The notes beneath the pieces are model-generated. The model did not search any database and was not told the DNA's origin. It was given only the letters and a program-made list of their open reading frames with translations. A DNA stretch of 64,000 nucleotides, from contig JAQTST010000001.1 in the NCBI GenBank assembly GCA_028711165.1, positions 78,708-142,707 on the forward strand. Direction: 5' to 3'. Numbering within the stretch: the first letter of the stretch is position 1; each line of letters opens with the position of its first letter. The stretch comes from Candidatus Nanoarchaeia archaeon (GTDB lineage: Archaea; Nanobdellota; Nanobdellia; Pacearchaeales; GW2011-AR1). Shown piece by piece: positions 52,390 to 61,039 of the stretch. Made by a program: the position numbers and the translations under genes.

Positions 52390-53279
52390 TGAAAATAGAT
52401 AAGAGGATAAATAAACGAGGTGATATCACGACGCAGCAGATTGTACTGCTGATAATTTTAATCGCGAGTTTTGCAGTTATTTTATTTTTTATTTTCCGAC
52501 TTAATCTCGGGCAGACAACTGAGAAAGAAGTGTGCCACAATTCTGTTTTGACGAGGGGAAGCAAAGTTCTTCCTGGAGAATCTGTTCCTCTAAACTGCAA
52601 GACAACTTATATCTGCATCAGCGAAGACGGAACGTGCGAACAGGTGACTTCTCCTGACATAAAAAGAACTGAAAATAAAGATGAAGTTTTTAATGCATTA
52701 GCGAATGAAATGGCAGACTGCTGGTGGGTTTTTGGCGAGGGGAAAATAAATTACGTCGGTGAAGAGCTTTTCTCAAAACTTTACTGCTCTTTGTGCTCGC
52801 AGGTTTCTTTCGACGACAGCGTCGGCAAAATTTTTCCCAGCGGAGAAATAGACAAGACAGAATTTTACAGATATCTTGCAACTACAAATATTTCAAACAA
52901 GGATTTGACTTACCTGGATTATCTCGTTGGGTTAAAAAATTCACAGGCAATAGAAGACACTTTGACAACTAACCAATCTGCATTTGGCAAGATAAATATC
53001 AACAAACAATCCTATGTTGTGATGGGAACAATCAGCAAAGTCAGCGTCGTGCAATGGGCAGTTGCGGGAGCAGGAATTGCTGTTCTCGCTGTTGTGACTG
53101 CAGGAGCTGCGATTCCGGTAGTTCTTGTTGTGGGAGCTGCCGGAGGAGTTGGAGGACATTTCATCGGAACAATAATTGATGGAGTTGGCGGACAGAGTTA
53201 CCTTTCTCCGACGATAATCGAAGCAAATTCTGCAGACTTTAATTCATTAAAATGCGAGTCGATACAGACGCTGGCGTAA
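52386..53279 (+). CDS. Pilin-like protein with Gly/Ala/Val-rich C-terminal hydrophobic region
   Basis: ..INKRG|DITTQQIVLLIILIASFAVILFFI.. and C-terminus ..AGAGIAVLAVVTAGAAIPVVLVVGAAGGVGG.. Confidence 0.55.
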   Translation: MMKIDKRINKRGDITTQQIVLLIILIASFAVILFFIFRLNLGQTTEKEVCHNSVLTRGSKVLPGESVPLNCKTTYICISEDGTCEQVTSPDIKRTENKDEVFNALANEMADCWWVFGEGKINYVGEELFSKLYCSLCSQVSFDDSVGKIFPSGEIDKTEFYRYLATTNISNKDLTYLDYLVGLKNSQAIEDTLTTNQSAFGKININKQSYVVMGTISKVSVVQWAVAGAGIAVLAVVTAGAAIPVVLVVGAAGGVGGHFIGTIIDGVGGQSYLSPTIIEANSADFNSLKCESIQTLA

Positions 53280-53280
53280 A

Positions 53281-53673
53281 ATGAAATCCAAAAAAGGAAC
53301 AATCCTCATAGAAAATATTATTTTTATCATTCTTAATATTCTTTTTATTTCAATTCTTATGCTGTTCCTGTTTAGACAAGGAAGCGGGGCAATTGTGCTC
53401 GAGCAGAGTTACGCAAAAAATATTGCACTGCTGATTGATTCTTCACGCCCTGTAACTGAAATGAAACTTAATATGAAAGAAGGATTTAATCTTGCTGAAG
53501 CAAACGGAATTAATGCCGAAGATATTGTGAAAATAAATGGAAATATTGTGACTGTAAAACTTAGCGGACAGGGAGGATATGACTATTCTTTTTTCAACAA
53601 CGTCGACGTTACTGTTTATCCTGATATTTATCCTGAAAAAAATTATGTAATTAAAATAAATGGGTTCAAATGA
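53281..53673 (+). CDS. Pilin-like protein
   Basis: MKSKKG|TILIENIIFIILNILFISIL.. has Glu at +5 after the putative cleavage site. Confidence 0.6.
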   Translation: MKSKKGTILIENIIFIILNILFISILMLFLFRQGSGAIVLEQSYAKNIALLIDSSRPVTEMKLNMKEGFNLAEANGINAEDIVKINGNIVTVKLSGQGGYDYSFFNNVDVTVYPDIYPEKNYVIKINGFK

Positions 53674-54194
53674 AACTTTACAAAAATAAAAGAGCAGATA
53701 AGATTCTTTCTGTTTACTGGTTTGCAATTTTGATAATTGTAGCCGGAGGAATTTTCGCGATGGTTTACACTTTTTACGGGAGTCCTTATGACATTCGGGA
53801 AATAGAAGCAGAACTTCTGACAAACAGAATTGCTGACTGCATTTCTTATGCCGGAAAAATGAATTCAGAACTTGTTGTCAACGGACAATTCACGAGTGAA
53901 AATAATTACCTTGAGAAATGCCATTTGATTCTCAACTCGACAGAATGGGAAGAGGAGCAATTTTATTCGGAAGTTAATTTTTACAAAATTCAAAATATGA
54001 ACACGCCGGTTTTTAATGTTAAAAAAGGAAATGCCAAATGGCTCTCAAGCTGTGTGCTCCAGGAAAACAAGGAAGAGAAAAAACTTGCACAATGCGTCGA
54101 GAGAAGTTTTTATTCTGTTGATAATTCAAATAATCAATACATAATTAAAATTTTGTCTGTCGTCAGGAAATCAGAAAAAAATGTCAAAATATAA
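53670..54194 (+). CDS. Pilin-like protein
   Basis: ..NKRA|DKILSVYWFAILIIVAGGIFAMV.. Confidence 0.5.
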   Translation: MKLYKNKRADKILSVYWFAILIIVAGGIFAMVYTFYGSPYDIREIEAELLTNRIADCISYAGKMNSELVVNGQFTSENNYLEKCHLILNSTEWEEEQFYSEVNFYKIQNMNTPVFNVKKGNAKWLSSCVLQENKEEKKLAQCVERSFYSVDNSNNQYIIKILSVVRKSEKNVKI

Positions 54195-54471
54195 ATTTTT
54201 AAAAAATCATAAAATTCGCGACAAAAAAGCACAGGTTGGAGAAACGGTTTCATGGATAGTTGCGACGGTGATTGTACTCGGAATCATGATTTTTTTTATT
54301 TACGTTTCAATTTTAATTTCAAAAACAAAAATGATTCAGACTTTAAACCTGCAGTCAGATGTCGCAGATAAACCTGAGTTGCTGATGTATAAAACTTCGC
54401 TAAGCCACCAGCTCGCAGGAAATTTAAACAAAGAAATTATTGATAATATTTTGAAGGAGGAAAATGGTTAA
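54181..54471 (+). CDS. Pilin-like protein
   Basis: ..RDKKA|QVGETVSWIVATVIVLGIMIFFI.. Confidence 0.5.
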   Translation: MSKYKFLKNHKIRDKKAQVGETVSWIVATVIVLGIMIFFIYVSILISKTKMIQTLNLQSDVADKPELLMYKTSLSHQLAGNLNKEIIDNILKEENG

Positions 54472-54763
54472 ATTAAAAATTTTGAAAAATAAAAAGGGAG
54501 ACATCTCTATAACTATTCTCGTAATCGGAGTTTTCCTTGTCTGCGGAATTGCGACATTTAGTTTTATCAATTCAATGATTCAGACGAGAAATTCTTTTGT
54601 GGGAATTGGGATGGTTGAAAAAATAAATATGCAGACAGAAGGAAAAATTTTCAATGGTGAAAGTCCGAACGGATTATATCTTGAAAAAAACATGACAGAA
54701 GGATTTGCGTTCTGGGGCAAGGAAGTTTTATTATTCTCAGTAGAGTATAAACTCAGACCTTAA
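54464..54763 (+). CDS. Pilin-like protein
   Basis: ..KNKKG|DISITILVIGVFLVCGI.. Confidence 0.5.
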   Translation: MVKLKILKNKKGDISITILVIGVFLVCGIATFSFINSMIQTRNSFVGIGMVEKINMQTEGKIFNGESPNGLYLEKNMTEGFAFWGKEVLLFSVEYKLRP

Positions 54764-54771
54764 ATTAATTT

Positions 54772-54889
54772 TGATTTCGCTCGTCAATCCCACCCAACTC
54801 GAGCCTCCACTCATTGCGATTAATTTTCGTTGGCATTCGTGAAAACTCTCGCCCGCCCCAAAGGGAATTAATTTGTACTCGCGAAATCA
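54772..54889. ncRNA. G+C-rich structured intergenic element (candidate ncRNA or 5' leader; strand undetermined)
   Basis: 9-bp closing helix TGATTTCGC (54772-54780) / GCGAAATCA (54881-54889). Internal hairpin TTTTC-GTTGGCATTCGT-GAAAA. C-runs (CCCACCC, CGCCCGCCCC) stand out in an otherwise AT-rich genome. Confidence 0.4.
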
Positions 54890-54948
54890 TTCTATTCATA
54901 TTGGGTTGATACGAAAACATTTTTAAACAAAATAATCGTAACTTAAAT

Positions 54949-55419
54949 ATGTTAAAGAGGCTAGATAAAAAAGGACAGGAACTTAGCACGAATACAATTA
55001 TACTTCTTATCCTGGGATTAATAATCCTGGTAGTTTTGATTTTGGGGTTTTCAACTGGCTGGAGTTTTTTCAAAGGCATCATAAGTCCTACAAATGTTGA
55101 TTCAATCGTCGAAGAATGTGCAAGCACCTGCGGACTGAGTCAGAAATTTGCTTTCTGTTCTGCTGAAAGAACTTTGAGAGTAAATGAGGAAGATTTCACT
55201 GTCAAGACGAGCTGTGCTGTTATGGCAAATTCTCCTGAACTTACCACTTATGGTGTTCAAAAATGTTCAGCGATAAATTGTGATTTAGCCTGTGAATCAA
55301 TTTTGGTTGATGACACTAACGCAGTAGTTGCTTCAACAGGAGCCGCTGTAAAGTATGACGTCAGCACATTAGCAAATAATCTTGAGAGCGGACAGATTTG
55401 CATTATTCCTCAGGCATAA
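54949..55419 (+). CDS. Type IV pilin (best class III signal; candidate major pilin)
   Basis: MLKRLDKKG|QELSTNTIILLILGLIILVVLILGF.. with six Cys in the globular part. Confidence 0.65.
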   Translation: MLKRLDKKGQELSTNTIILLILGLIILVVLILGFSTGWSFFKGIISPTNVDSIVEECASTCGLSQKFAFCSAERTLRVNEEDFTVKTSCAVMANSPELTTYGVQKCSAINCDLACESILVDDTNAVVASTGAAVKYDVSTLANNLESGQICIIPQA

Positions 55420-55579
55420 GTAATATGGATTACGGATTCTCTGAAAAAAGAAATAAGAAAAAAATTAAAAGAAAAGAAAAGAAAAAACATCCTTATAAGA
55501 CTGGGGGGAAGTATCGAGGAACAGAAATTAAATGATAATCTTAAGGAACTTTTTTAAAGTTTATTTTGTTTGATGGGGG

Positions 55580-56386
55580 ATGAAAAAAGAGGTTGCAGTA
55601 ATTTTATTGAGTTTGGTTTTTGTTTCTGTTTTAATTTTTTTCATTTTTCCGAAGACGGGATTTGTTATTAACTCTGTTGATGCATCTCAATTAGAAAATT
55701 TAAGATTAAGAGCCGAAGTCGAATGCTTGCAAAATTCTCAATGTTCTGAGAATAGTGAATGTGTTGAGAATGTTTGTGTGAACAAAACTGAAATTGATTT
55801 ATGCAGAAAAATTAATCTTTATACCCCCACAAATAGATTAAAAATAGGAGATTCAATTAACTCTGTTAAAACAGTTTTGACAAAAGCTCAAATTCCTTCT
55901 TTATTATCGGGAGGAGAATTGGTTGAAATTATCGACGATAAATTAGTGAATTACTTCTATACTCAACTAATCTTAATTGGTGATAATAAATTAGAAAAAA
56001 ATATTGAAGAGTATGCCATTGAGAAAGATAAACCTCTTTTTACATATAGATTAGTCTTTTCAAATGGAATTGATTTCTCAGATAAAAATATTCAAGGGCA
56101 AGTTCTAAGAATTTTAGGGGAAGAATATATTATAGGAAGCAATTCAGACGATTCTAACATCTATTTAATTTCTGAGAAGAAAAATATCAAACTGAACAGC
56201 GACGAGAATATTAAAATAATTAAAAATAAAGAAGAAAATGTTCTTGAGATAAATTTTAATTTTTTTCCGTCTGATAACTTGCGGGTTAATGAATCCTTTT
56301 CAGAATCAACTTTTAATGCAATTAAACTCTCTTTCTACGATGCCGACGATAATTTTGCTGATGTGGGGATTGGGGGAAATTGTTGA
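55580..56386 (+). CDS. Signal-anchored secreted protein (hypothetical, pilus locus)
   Basis: N-terminal hydrophobic helix and a Cys-rich segment (CLQNSQCSENSECVENVC). Confidence 0.45.
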   Translation: MKKEVAVILLSLVFVSVLIFFIFPKTGFVINSVDASQLENLRLRAEVECLQNSQCSENSECVENVCVNKTEIDLCRKINLYTPTNRLKIGDSINSVKTVLTKAQIPSLLSGGELVEIIDDKLVNYFYTQLILIGDNKLEKNIEEYAIEKDKPLFTYRLVFSNGIDFSDKNIQGQVLRILGEEYIIGSNSDDSNIYLISEKKNIKLNSDENIKIIKNKEENVLEINFNFFPSDNLRVNESFSESTFNAIKLSFYDADDNFADVGIGGNC

Positions 56387-56425
56387 TGAGGAATATTTTA
56401 TAAATAATGTTTTATAATATATAGA

Positions 56426-56890
56426 ATGAAAAAACAAAAAATAATAATTTCAGGAATTGTAACCATTCTTATTGTTGGAATTATTCTGATGGGGATTTAT
56501 TTTAATAATAATGTTATCCCTAATGAAAATGAGACAAATAATTCTGCCCCCCCTGCCCCTTCAATTGATTATGCTACTATTGAAGCAACAGTTTTGAATT
56601 TGTCTATAAATAAAGATGTTGTAACTAATGAAGGGATTAAGGGTAAACTGTATGGGCTCTTTGTAAAAGTTAGCGTTGATAAAGTAATTAATTATACTCG
56701 TGATGATTCTACGAATGTACTTAAATTTGATCCATTAATTTCTGGAGATATAATTACTATACGCAGGGGTTGTTCCTTTGAATATAATCTTTCTATTGGA
56801 GATAAAAGTTTAATTAATATATATTCAGAATCCAGCTCTGGAGAACCCCTCTATGGGGGGTTTGAGTTCTGGTATGAAAAGTGTGTTTAA
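56426..56890 (+). CDS. Signal-anchored protein (hypothetical, pilus locus)
   Basis: MKKQKIIISGIVTILIVGIILMGIYF.. Confidence 0.45.
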   Translation: MKKQKIIISGIVTILIVGIILMGIYFNNNVIPNENETNNSAPPAPSIDYATIEATVLNLSINKDVVTNEGIKGKLYGLFVKVSVDKVINYTRDDSTNVLKFDPLISGDIITIRRGCSFEYNLSIGDKSLINIYSESSSGEPLYGGFEFWYEKCV

Positions 56891-56896
56891 CAAAAA

Positions 56897-57058
56897 ATGG
56901 GGGTGGAAATTAAAAATGTAATTTTATTTATTTTTATAATCTCATCTATGTCTTTAGTTTATGCTTGCCCTGCCATTCCAGATACTTCCAATTTCACACA
57001 ACCTAATGGAAATACATTTACAGCTCAAATATTATGTTCAAACAGCAAATGCTGGTGA
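56897..57058 (+). CDS. 53-aa secreted Cys-containing peptide candidate (competes with track ORF 56961..57143 in another frame)
   Basis: MGVEIKNVILFIFIISSMSLVYA|CPAIPDTSNFTQPNGNTFTAQILCSNSKCW*. Signal-peptide-like N-terminus. Confidence 0.3.
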   Translation: MGVEIKNVILFIFIISSMSLVYACPAIPDTSNFTQPNGNTFTAQILCSNSKCW

Positions 57059-57173
57059 TGGATTGGGTCTTGAAACAAACGCTGGTGCAGTGGGAAATAT
57101 GAACATCACACACGGACAATTAACAATAGAGAAATTAGGATGAACTCAAAAATAATTCTAAAACTTTATTAAT

Positions 57174-57256
57174 CGCGCAGACACCTAATCGGTTTCTTTC
57201 GCTTAATCTTCCCTTTAAATTTGTGGTCAAGCCTGATTAGATAACTTTTATTAATT
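57174..57256 (+). repeat. G+C-rich promoter-proximal element, copy B, running into a TATA-like CTTTTATTAA
   Basis: CGCGCAGACACCTAATCGGTTTCTTTCGCTTAATCTTCCCTTTAAATTTGTGGTCAAGCCTGATTAGATAACTTTTATTAA. Confidence 0.6.
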
Positions 57257-57275
57257 CAAATTTGTTTTATCCTTT

Positions 57276-58121
57276 ATGTATGAGGTGATTTTTTTATGGC
57301 TGTTATCATTGAGTTTTATCCTCGTTGCAGTTGTGCAGGATTTGAAAACCCGAGAGATTGACAACTGGATAAGTTTTTCTCTTGTGATTTTTGCTCTTGG
57401 ATTTAGATTTTTATATTCGCTGTTTCAGGGAGATTTTGAATTTTTTTACAGCGGTGCTATAGGATTCGGAGTTTTTTTTGCCCTCGGAAATATCCTTTAT
57501 TACTCAAGAGTTTTCGCGGGGGGAGATGCAAAATTAATGATTGGGCTGGGAGCTATTTTAGCACCTGCTGAAATTTCTTCAATCTTTTCCACATTCTTTA
57601 ATTTCGTACTTATCTTCCTTACAGTCGGATTTGTTTATACAATAGCAACAAGCATTGTACTCTGCGCAAAAAGATTCAAACCTTTCAAAAAAGAATTTGC
57701 AAGGCTGCTGAGAAAACATAAAAAAATAATGTGCATTCTTATTTTGTTGAGTTTCATATTCCTCATCATAGGATTTTTTGAACAATTATTTTTAATCCTC
57801 GGAGTTATGACTTTCGTGACTTCTTATCTTTACATTTATTCAAAAGCAGTTGACGAAGCCTGCATAATCAAAAGAATAGAAGCAAAAAATCTCAGAGAAG
57901 GAGACTGGATTTATTCTGATTTGAAAGTCGGAAAAAAAGTTATAAAAGCGACGTGGGACGGAGTTACAAGAAACGATATCAGGGAAATAATTAAAAAATT
58001 TAAGCAGGTGCGAATCAGAGAAGGAATTCCTTTTTCTCCTGTTTTCTTTTTCAGTTTTATTATTTTTATCCTTTTTGAAATTTTGAAAATCAGCTTATGG
58101 AATTCTTTTTGGCAGCCATAA
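57276..58121 (+). CDS. A24-family prepilin/preflagellin signal peptidase (PibD/FlaK/EppA type)
   Basis: Polytopic membrane protein with the two catalytic Asp contexts ..VVQDLKTREIDN.. and ..FAGGDAKLMIGLG.. Confidence 0.8.
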   Translation: MYEVIFLWLLSLSFILVAVVQDLKTREIDNWISFSLVIFALGFRFLYSLFQGDFEFFYSGAIGFGVFFALGNILYYSRVFAGGDAKLMIGLGAILAPAEISSIFSTFFNFVLIFLTVGFVYTIATSIVLCAKRFKPFKKEFARLLRKHKKIMCILILLSFIFLIIGFFEQLFLILGVMTFVTSYLYIYSKAVDEACIIKRIEAKNLREGDWIYSDLKVGKKVIKATWDGVTRNDIREIIKKFKQVRIREGIPFSPVFFFSFIIFILFEILKISLWNSFWQP

Positions 58122-58703
58122 AAATTTTTCAACTTCCTCGACGGGAATTACCTCTTCTTCCTTTTCCTCTTCCTTTTGAAATTCTTCTTTTGTCTTTTCC
58201 AGTTCTTCGATAGTCGCATGCTGTTTTTCTGAATTTAAATTTTCATCTTTGTAGACGGGAAGAATATTTATTATCGCATGCCCGAATAATTTTGATTCTG
58301 AAATCTCAACTTCTTTCGGGGAAAATTTTTCTTTAATTTTTTTTGAAATTTCCTTCGCGAGATGCATGGCTTCTTTCGGTGCTTCATCTAAATGCTCTTT
58401 TGGCACGACGATGGAGTGCCCTTTTGATATTGGGTTTATTTCCAAGACAGCAATTGCTTTTTCATTCTCGCCAATCTTTACTGATTTTATTTTTTCGGAT
58501 GCAATCGCACAAAAAACGCATTTGGAATCTTCTTCCTTGTCATTTACAAGAATATTATTTTTCTCAAGAAATTTCTCAAGCTGTTCAGAATCCATTGATT
58601 CAATCTGGCTTTTTGCCGAGAGTATTTGTTCGGGAGGGAAAGTAGTTTCTATGTGGGAGACAAGTTTTTGTTTTATGTCAATTATTTCTTCGCCGGATAG
58701 CAT
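58095..58703 (-). CDS. HIT-fold protein with degenerate histidine triad and an N-terminal extension
   Basis: CVFCAI..ENEKAIAVLEINPISKGHSIVVPKEH.. is HIT-like. The triad position reads FGHAIINILP (one His only). Confidence 0.55.
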   Translation of the reverse strand: MLSGEEIIDIKQKLVSHIETTFPPEQILSAKSQIESMDSEQLEKFLEKNNILVNDKEEDSKCVFCAIASEKIKSVKIGENEKAIAVLEINPISKGHSIVVPKEHLDEAPKEAMHLAKEISKKIKEKFSPKEVEISESKLFGHAIINILPVYKDENLNSEKQHATIEELEKTKEEFQKEEEKEEEVIPVEEVEKFLWLPKRIP

Positions 58704-58733
58704 TGTAGTGGGAAAAATGAATGATTTTTATAA

Positions 58734-59039
58734 TTATGTTTTGTTGCTCGTGCAGTCTATCAGAGCAATCTCGTCCATATAATCTCTTACAATCTTAAAG
58801 TCCTCTATCTTTTCCTTTGGAATATAAACTTTAAATTTTTCTGTTACTTCTTCAGTAAATGCATACATAGACTTCTTATCCAGCTCCAAATCTTCCTGAA
58901 ATCTTGTGTCTTCTGTAATTTCTCCTCTGAATTTTATTCTGTCTTTAATCCATGGATTTTGAGAAACCAGTATATTCATTAATTTATCAAAAACTTCTCT
59001 TCTATATTCTTCACTCATCTTTTTTGAAAGATTTTTCAT
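58734..59039 (-). CDS. Acyl-carrier-protein-like small protein lacking the phosphopantetheine Ser
   Basis: ..RFQEDLELDKKSMYAFTEEVTEKFKVYIPKEKIEDFKIVRDYMDEIA parallels ACP ..[23 protein letters not shown]..IP.., with DKK in place of DSL. Confidence 0.35.
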   Translation of the reverse strand: MKNLSKKMSEEYRREVFDKLMNILVSQNPWIKDRIKFRGEITEDTRFQEDLELDKKSMYAFTEEVTEKFKVYIPKEKIEDFKIVRDYMDEIALIDCTSNKT

Positions 59040-59076
59040 CCTATTATCAAGACTAACTTATATAAGAATTATTCTA

Positions 59077-59352
59077 TTAAGAGCCAAATGCTCTTCTGAT
59101 ATCAATAACCTGAACAGAATTAACATCCTCGATATTTTTCAATTTTCCTTCCAACTCTTCAAGTTCTTTTTCTTCGGGCCATGCGAAAAGTGCGATTATT
59201 GCTTTTAGTCCAAATGCTATTGGCTCTTCCTCGAAGGTTGGGTTTTTTCCGTCTGCTGATTCAATCATAGACTTTGCAGTATCTTTAATCACTTCAAGAT
59301 CTGCTTCAGGAGAAACAGGCATTATTTTTATTTTCACTGCTGCGATTGCCAT
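59077..59352 (-). CDS. Translation elongation factor aEF-1 beta
   Basis: MAIAAVKIKIMPVSPEADLEVIK..EEEPIAFGLKAIIALF..VQVIDIRRAFG. Confidence 0.9.
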   Translation of the reverse strand: MAIAAVKIKIMPVSPEADLEVIKDTAKSMIESADGKNPTFEEEPIAFGLKAIIALFAWPEEKELEELEGKLKNIEDVNSVQVIDIRRAFGS

Positions 59353-59443
59353 AGTTTAGGAAAAAGAAGAGCGTTTATAAATTTTTACTAATCATATTTC
59401 TCTTCACGAAAATACTTAAAAACATTCTTTATTTTTTCTTTGA

Positions 59444-60391
59444 ATGGTGATGGAAAATTATGACAGGATTGTGGAAAAAATTTCCAAAAAATCCGGGCTT
59501 GAAAAAGAGGAAATCGAGAGGAGAATCGAGGCGAAGAGAGCAAAGCTTTCCGGACTGATAAGCAGAGAAGGAGCGGCGCAGGTTGTTGCTGCTGAACTCG
59601 GAATTTCTTTTGATAATGAAAAATTAAAATTAGAGGAACTGCTTCCGGGAATGAGAAAGGTTAACACTGTCGGTAAAGTAATGAATGTCTCGCCTGTAAG
59701 AACTTTCAAAACAAAAAAAGGCGATGACGGAAAAGTTGTAAATTTGTTTATTGCCGACGACACTTCAAACATAAAAGTTGTTTTATGGGATACTAATCAT
59801 ATTTCTCTGGTGGAAAATAAAAAAATCGGCGAGGGAATTGTCGTCGAGATTGCCAACGGAGCGATGAGAGAAAATGAACTTCACCTCGGGAGTTTTTCAG
59901 AAATTAAAATAACGAATGAAACTATCAATGAAGTAAACACTGGAAAGGTTTTCAGAACGAAAAATATTTCTGAACTTAAAAATTCTGACAATGCGAGAGT
60001 CAGAGCTTTTATTGTCCAGTCTTTTGAGCCGAGATTTTTTTATGTCTGTCCAAGCTGCAGAAAAAAAGCAGTCCAGGAAAACGGAAACTTTACCTGTGCT
60101 GAACACGGAAAAGTTGCAGGAGAAAAAAGAGCTTTGATGAATGTAATTCTCGACGACGGAACAGAAACAATCAGGGCAGTTGCTTTTCACGACAATCTTA
60201 AAGATTTGGGAATAACTGAGTTTGAAAATCCGGGAGAAATGATTGTCCAGAAGGAAAATATGCTTGGAAGAGAGATGGCTTTTTACGGAATTATGAGAAA
60301 TAATAAAATGTTCAACACGCCTGAATTTATAATTGAAAGAGCAGAAGAGATAGATGCTGATTTGCTGATTAGTGAATTGGAAAACAACTAA
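59444..60391 (+). CDS. Replication protein A (RPA, OB folds + zinc finger)
   Basis: OB-fold segments (..VGKVMNVSPVRTFKTKKGDDGKVVNLFIADDTSNIKVVLWD..) and CPSCRKK..(10)..CAEHG. Confidence 0.8.
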   Translation: MVMENYDRIVEKISKKSGLEKEEIERRIEAKRAKLSGLISREGAAQVVAAELGISFDNEKLKLEELLPGMRKVNTVGKVMNVSPVRTFKTKKGDDGKVVNLFIADDTSNIKVVLWDTNHISLVENKKIGEGIVVEIANGAMRENELHLGSFSEIKITNETINEVNTGKVFRTKNISELKNSDNARVRAFIVQSFEPRFFYVCPSCRKKAVQENGNFTCAEHGKVAGEKRALMNVILDDGTETIRAVAFHDNLKDLGITEFENPGEMIVQKENMLGREMAFYGIMRNNKMFNTPEFIIERAEEIDADLLISELENN

Positions 60392-60451
60392 ATTATTTTT
60401 TTAAGTTCTGCGTCGATTTTCTTACGAAAATACGTCGGAAGAATTGGAAAA

Positions 60452-60910
60452 TTAGTAAACTTTTGGATATTCTTTTTCTAAAAAAGAAGCAACATCTGTC
60501 ATAATATTTGAAAATACTTCATTTTTATTCTGGGGAATTATAATTTTTCCTGAAGGCGCTTTTTCCTGAATCGACATTTTGAAAATCAGATAATCTGGAT
60601 TTAAGGTTTTCAAATTAGAAACAATTGCTTCATATCCTGCAATTGTCGGGAAATATCCCATTCCTTTTATTTGAGAAGTAGTTATCTTTAAATTTCCAAA
60701 TTCTTTTGAAAAATTTTCTCCAAACTTCGTAACACAATTTTTATCATCATATTGGGTTATGCCTGTGTATCTTAATTTTTCAGAACCTTCCACTTTAATA
60801 TTTAATTTTCCTCCTCGGTAATTCTCCGAATCCCATTCCCAAATTCCTGTTCCTGTCTGGTTTTCTTTTTTTATTATTTTGCCTAAAATTTCATCTAAGG
60901 GATATTTCAT
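60452..60910 (-). CDS. Hypothetical protein (152 aa)
   Basis: ORF only. Confidence 0.4.
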   Translation of the reverse strand: MKYPLDEILGKIIKKENQTGTGIWEWDSENYRGGKLNIKVEGSEKLRYTGITQYDDKNCVTKFGENFSKEFGNLKITTSQIKGMGYFPTIAGYEAIVSNLKTLNPDYLIFKMSIQEKAPSGKIIIPQNKNEVFSNIMTDVASFLEKEYPKVY

Positions 60911-61039
60911 AATCTGTTAGAAAAATATTTATTTATAAACATTTATATTTAATTTTAATATATTCAATTTAATTCTAATTCTCTAATATATGTCTGAAAT
61001 CCAAATAATCTTTATAAACTGATTCGGGATATTTTCAGT

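Noticed and set aside
54765-55127. Minus-strand 120-aa ORF
   Set aside because: It overlaps the start of the best pilin gene and runs through the G+C-rich structured element. It has no motif and is probably a by-product of local composition.
55437-55547. 36-codon basic ORF (MDYGFSEKRNKKKIKRKEKKKHPYKTGGKYRGTEIK*) after the pilin gene
   Set aside because: It is a lysine run typical of A-rich intergenic DNA, with no SD, overlap or conservation evidence available.
57174-57240. Long-range helix CTAATC/GATTAG within G+C-rich element copy B as evidence for an RNA structure
   Set aside because: The pairing is not preserved or compensated in copies A and C, so it is likely coincidental.
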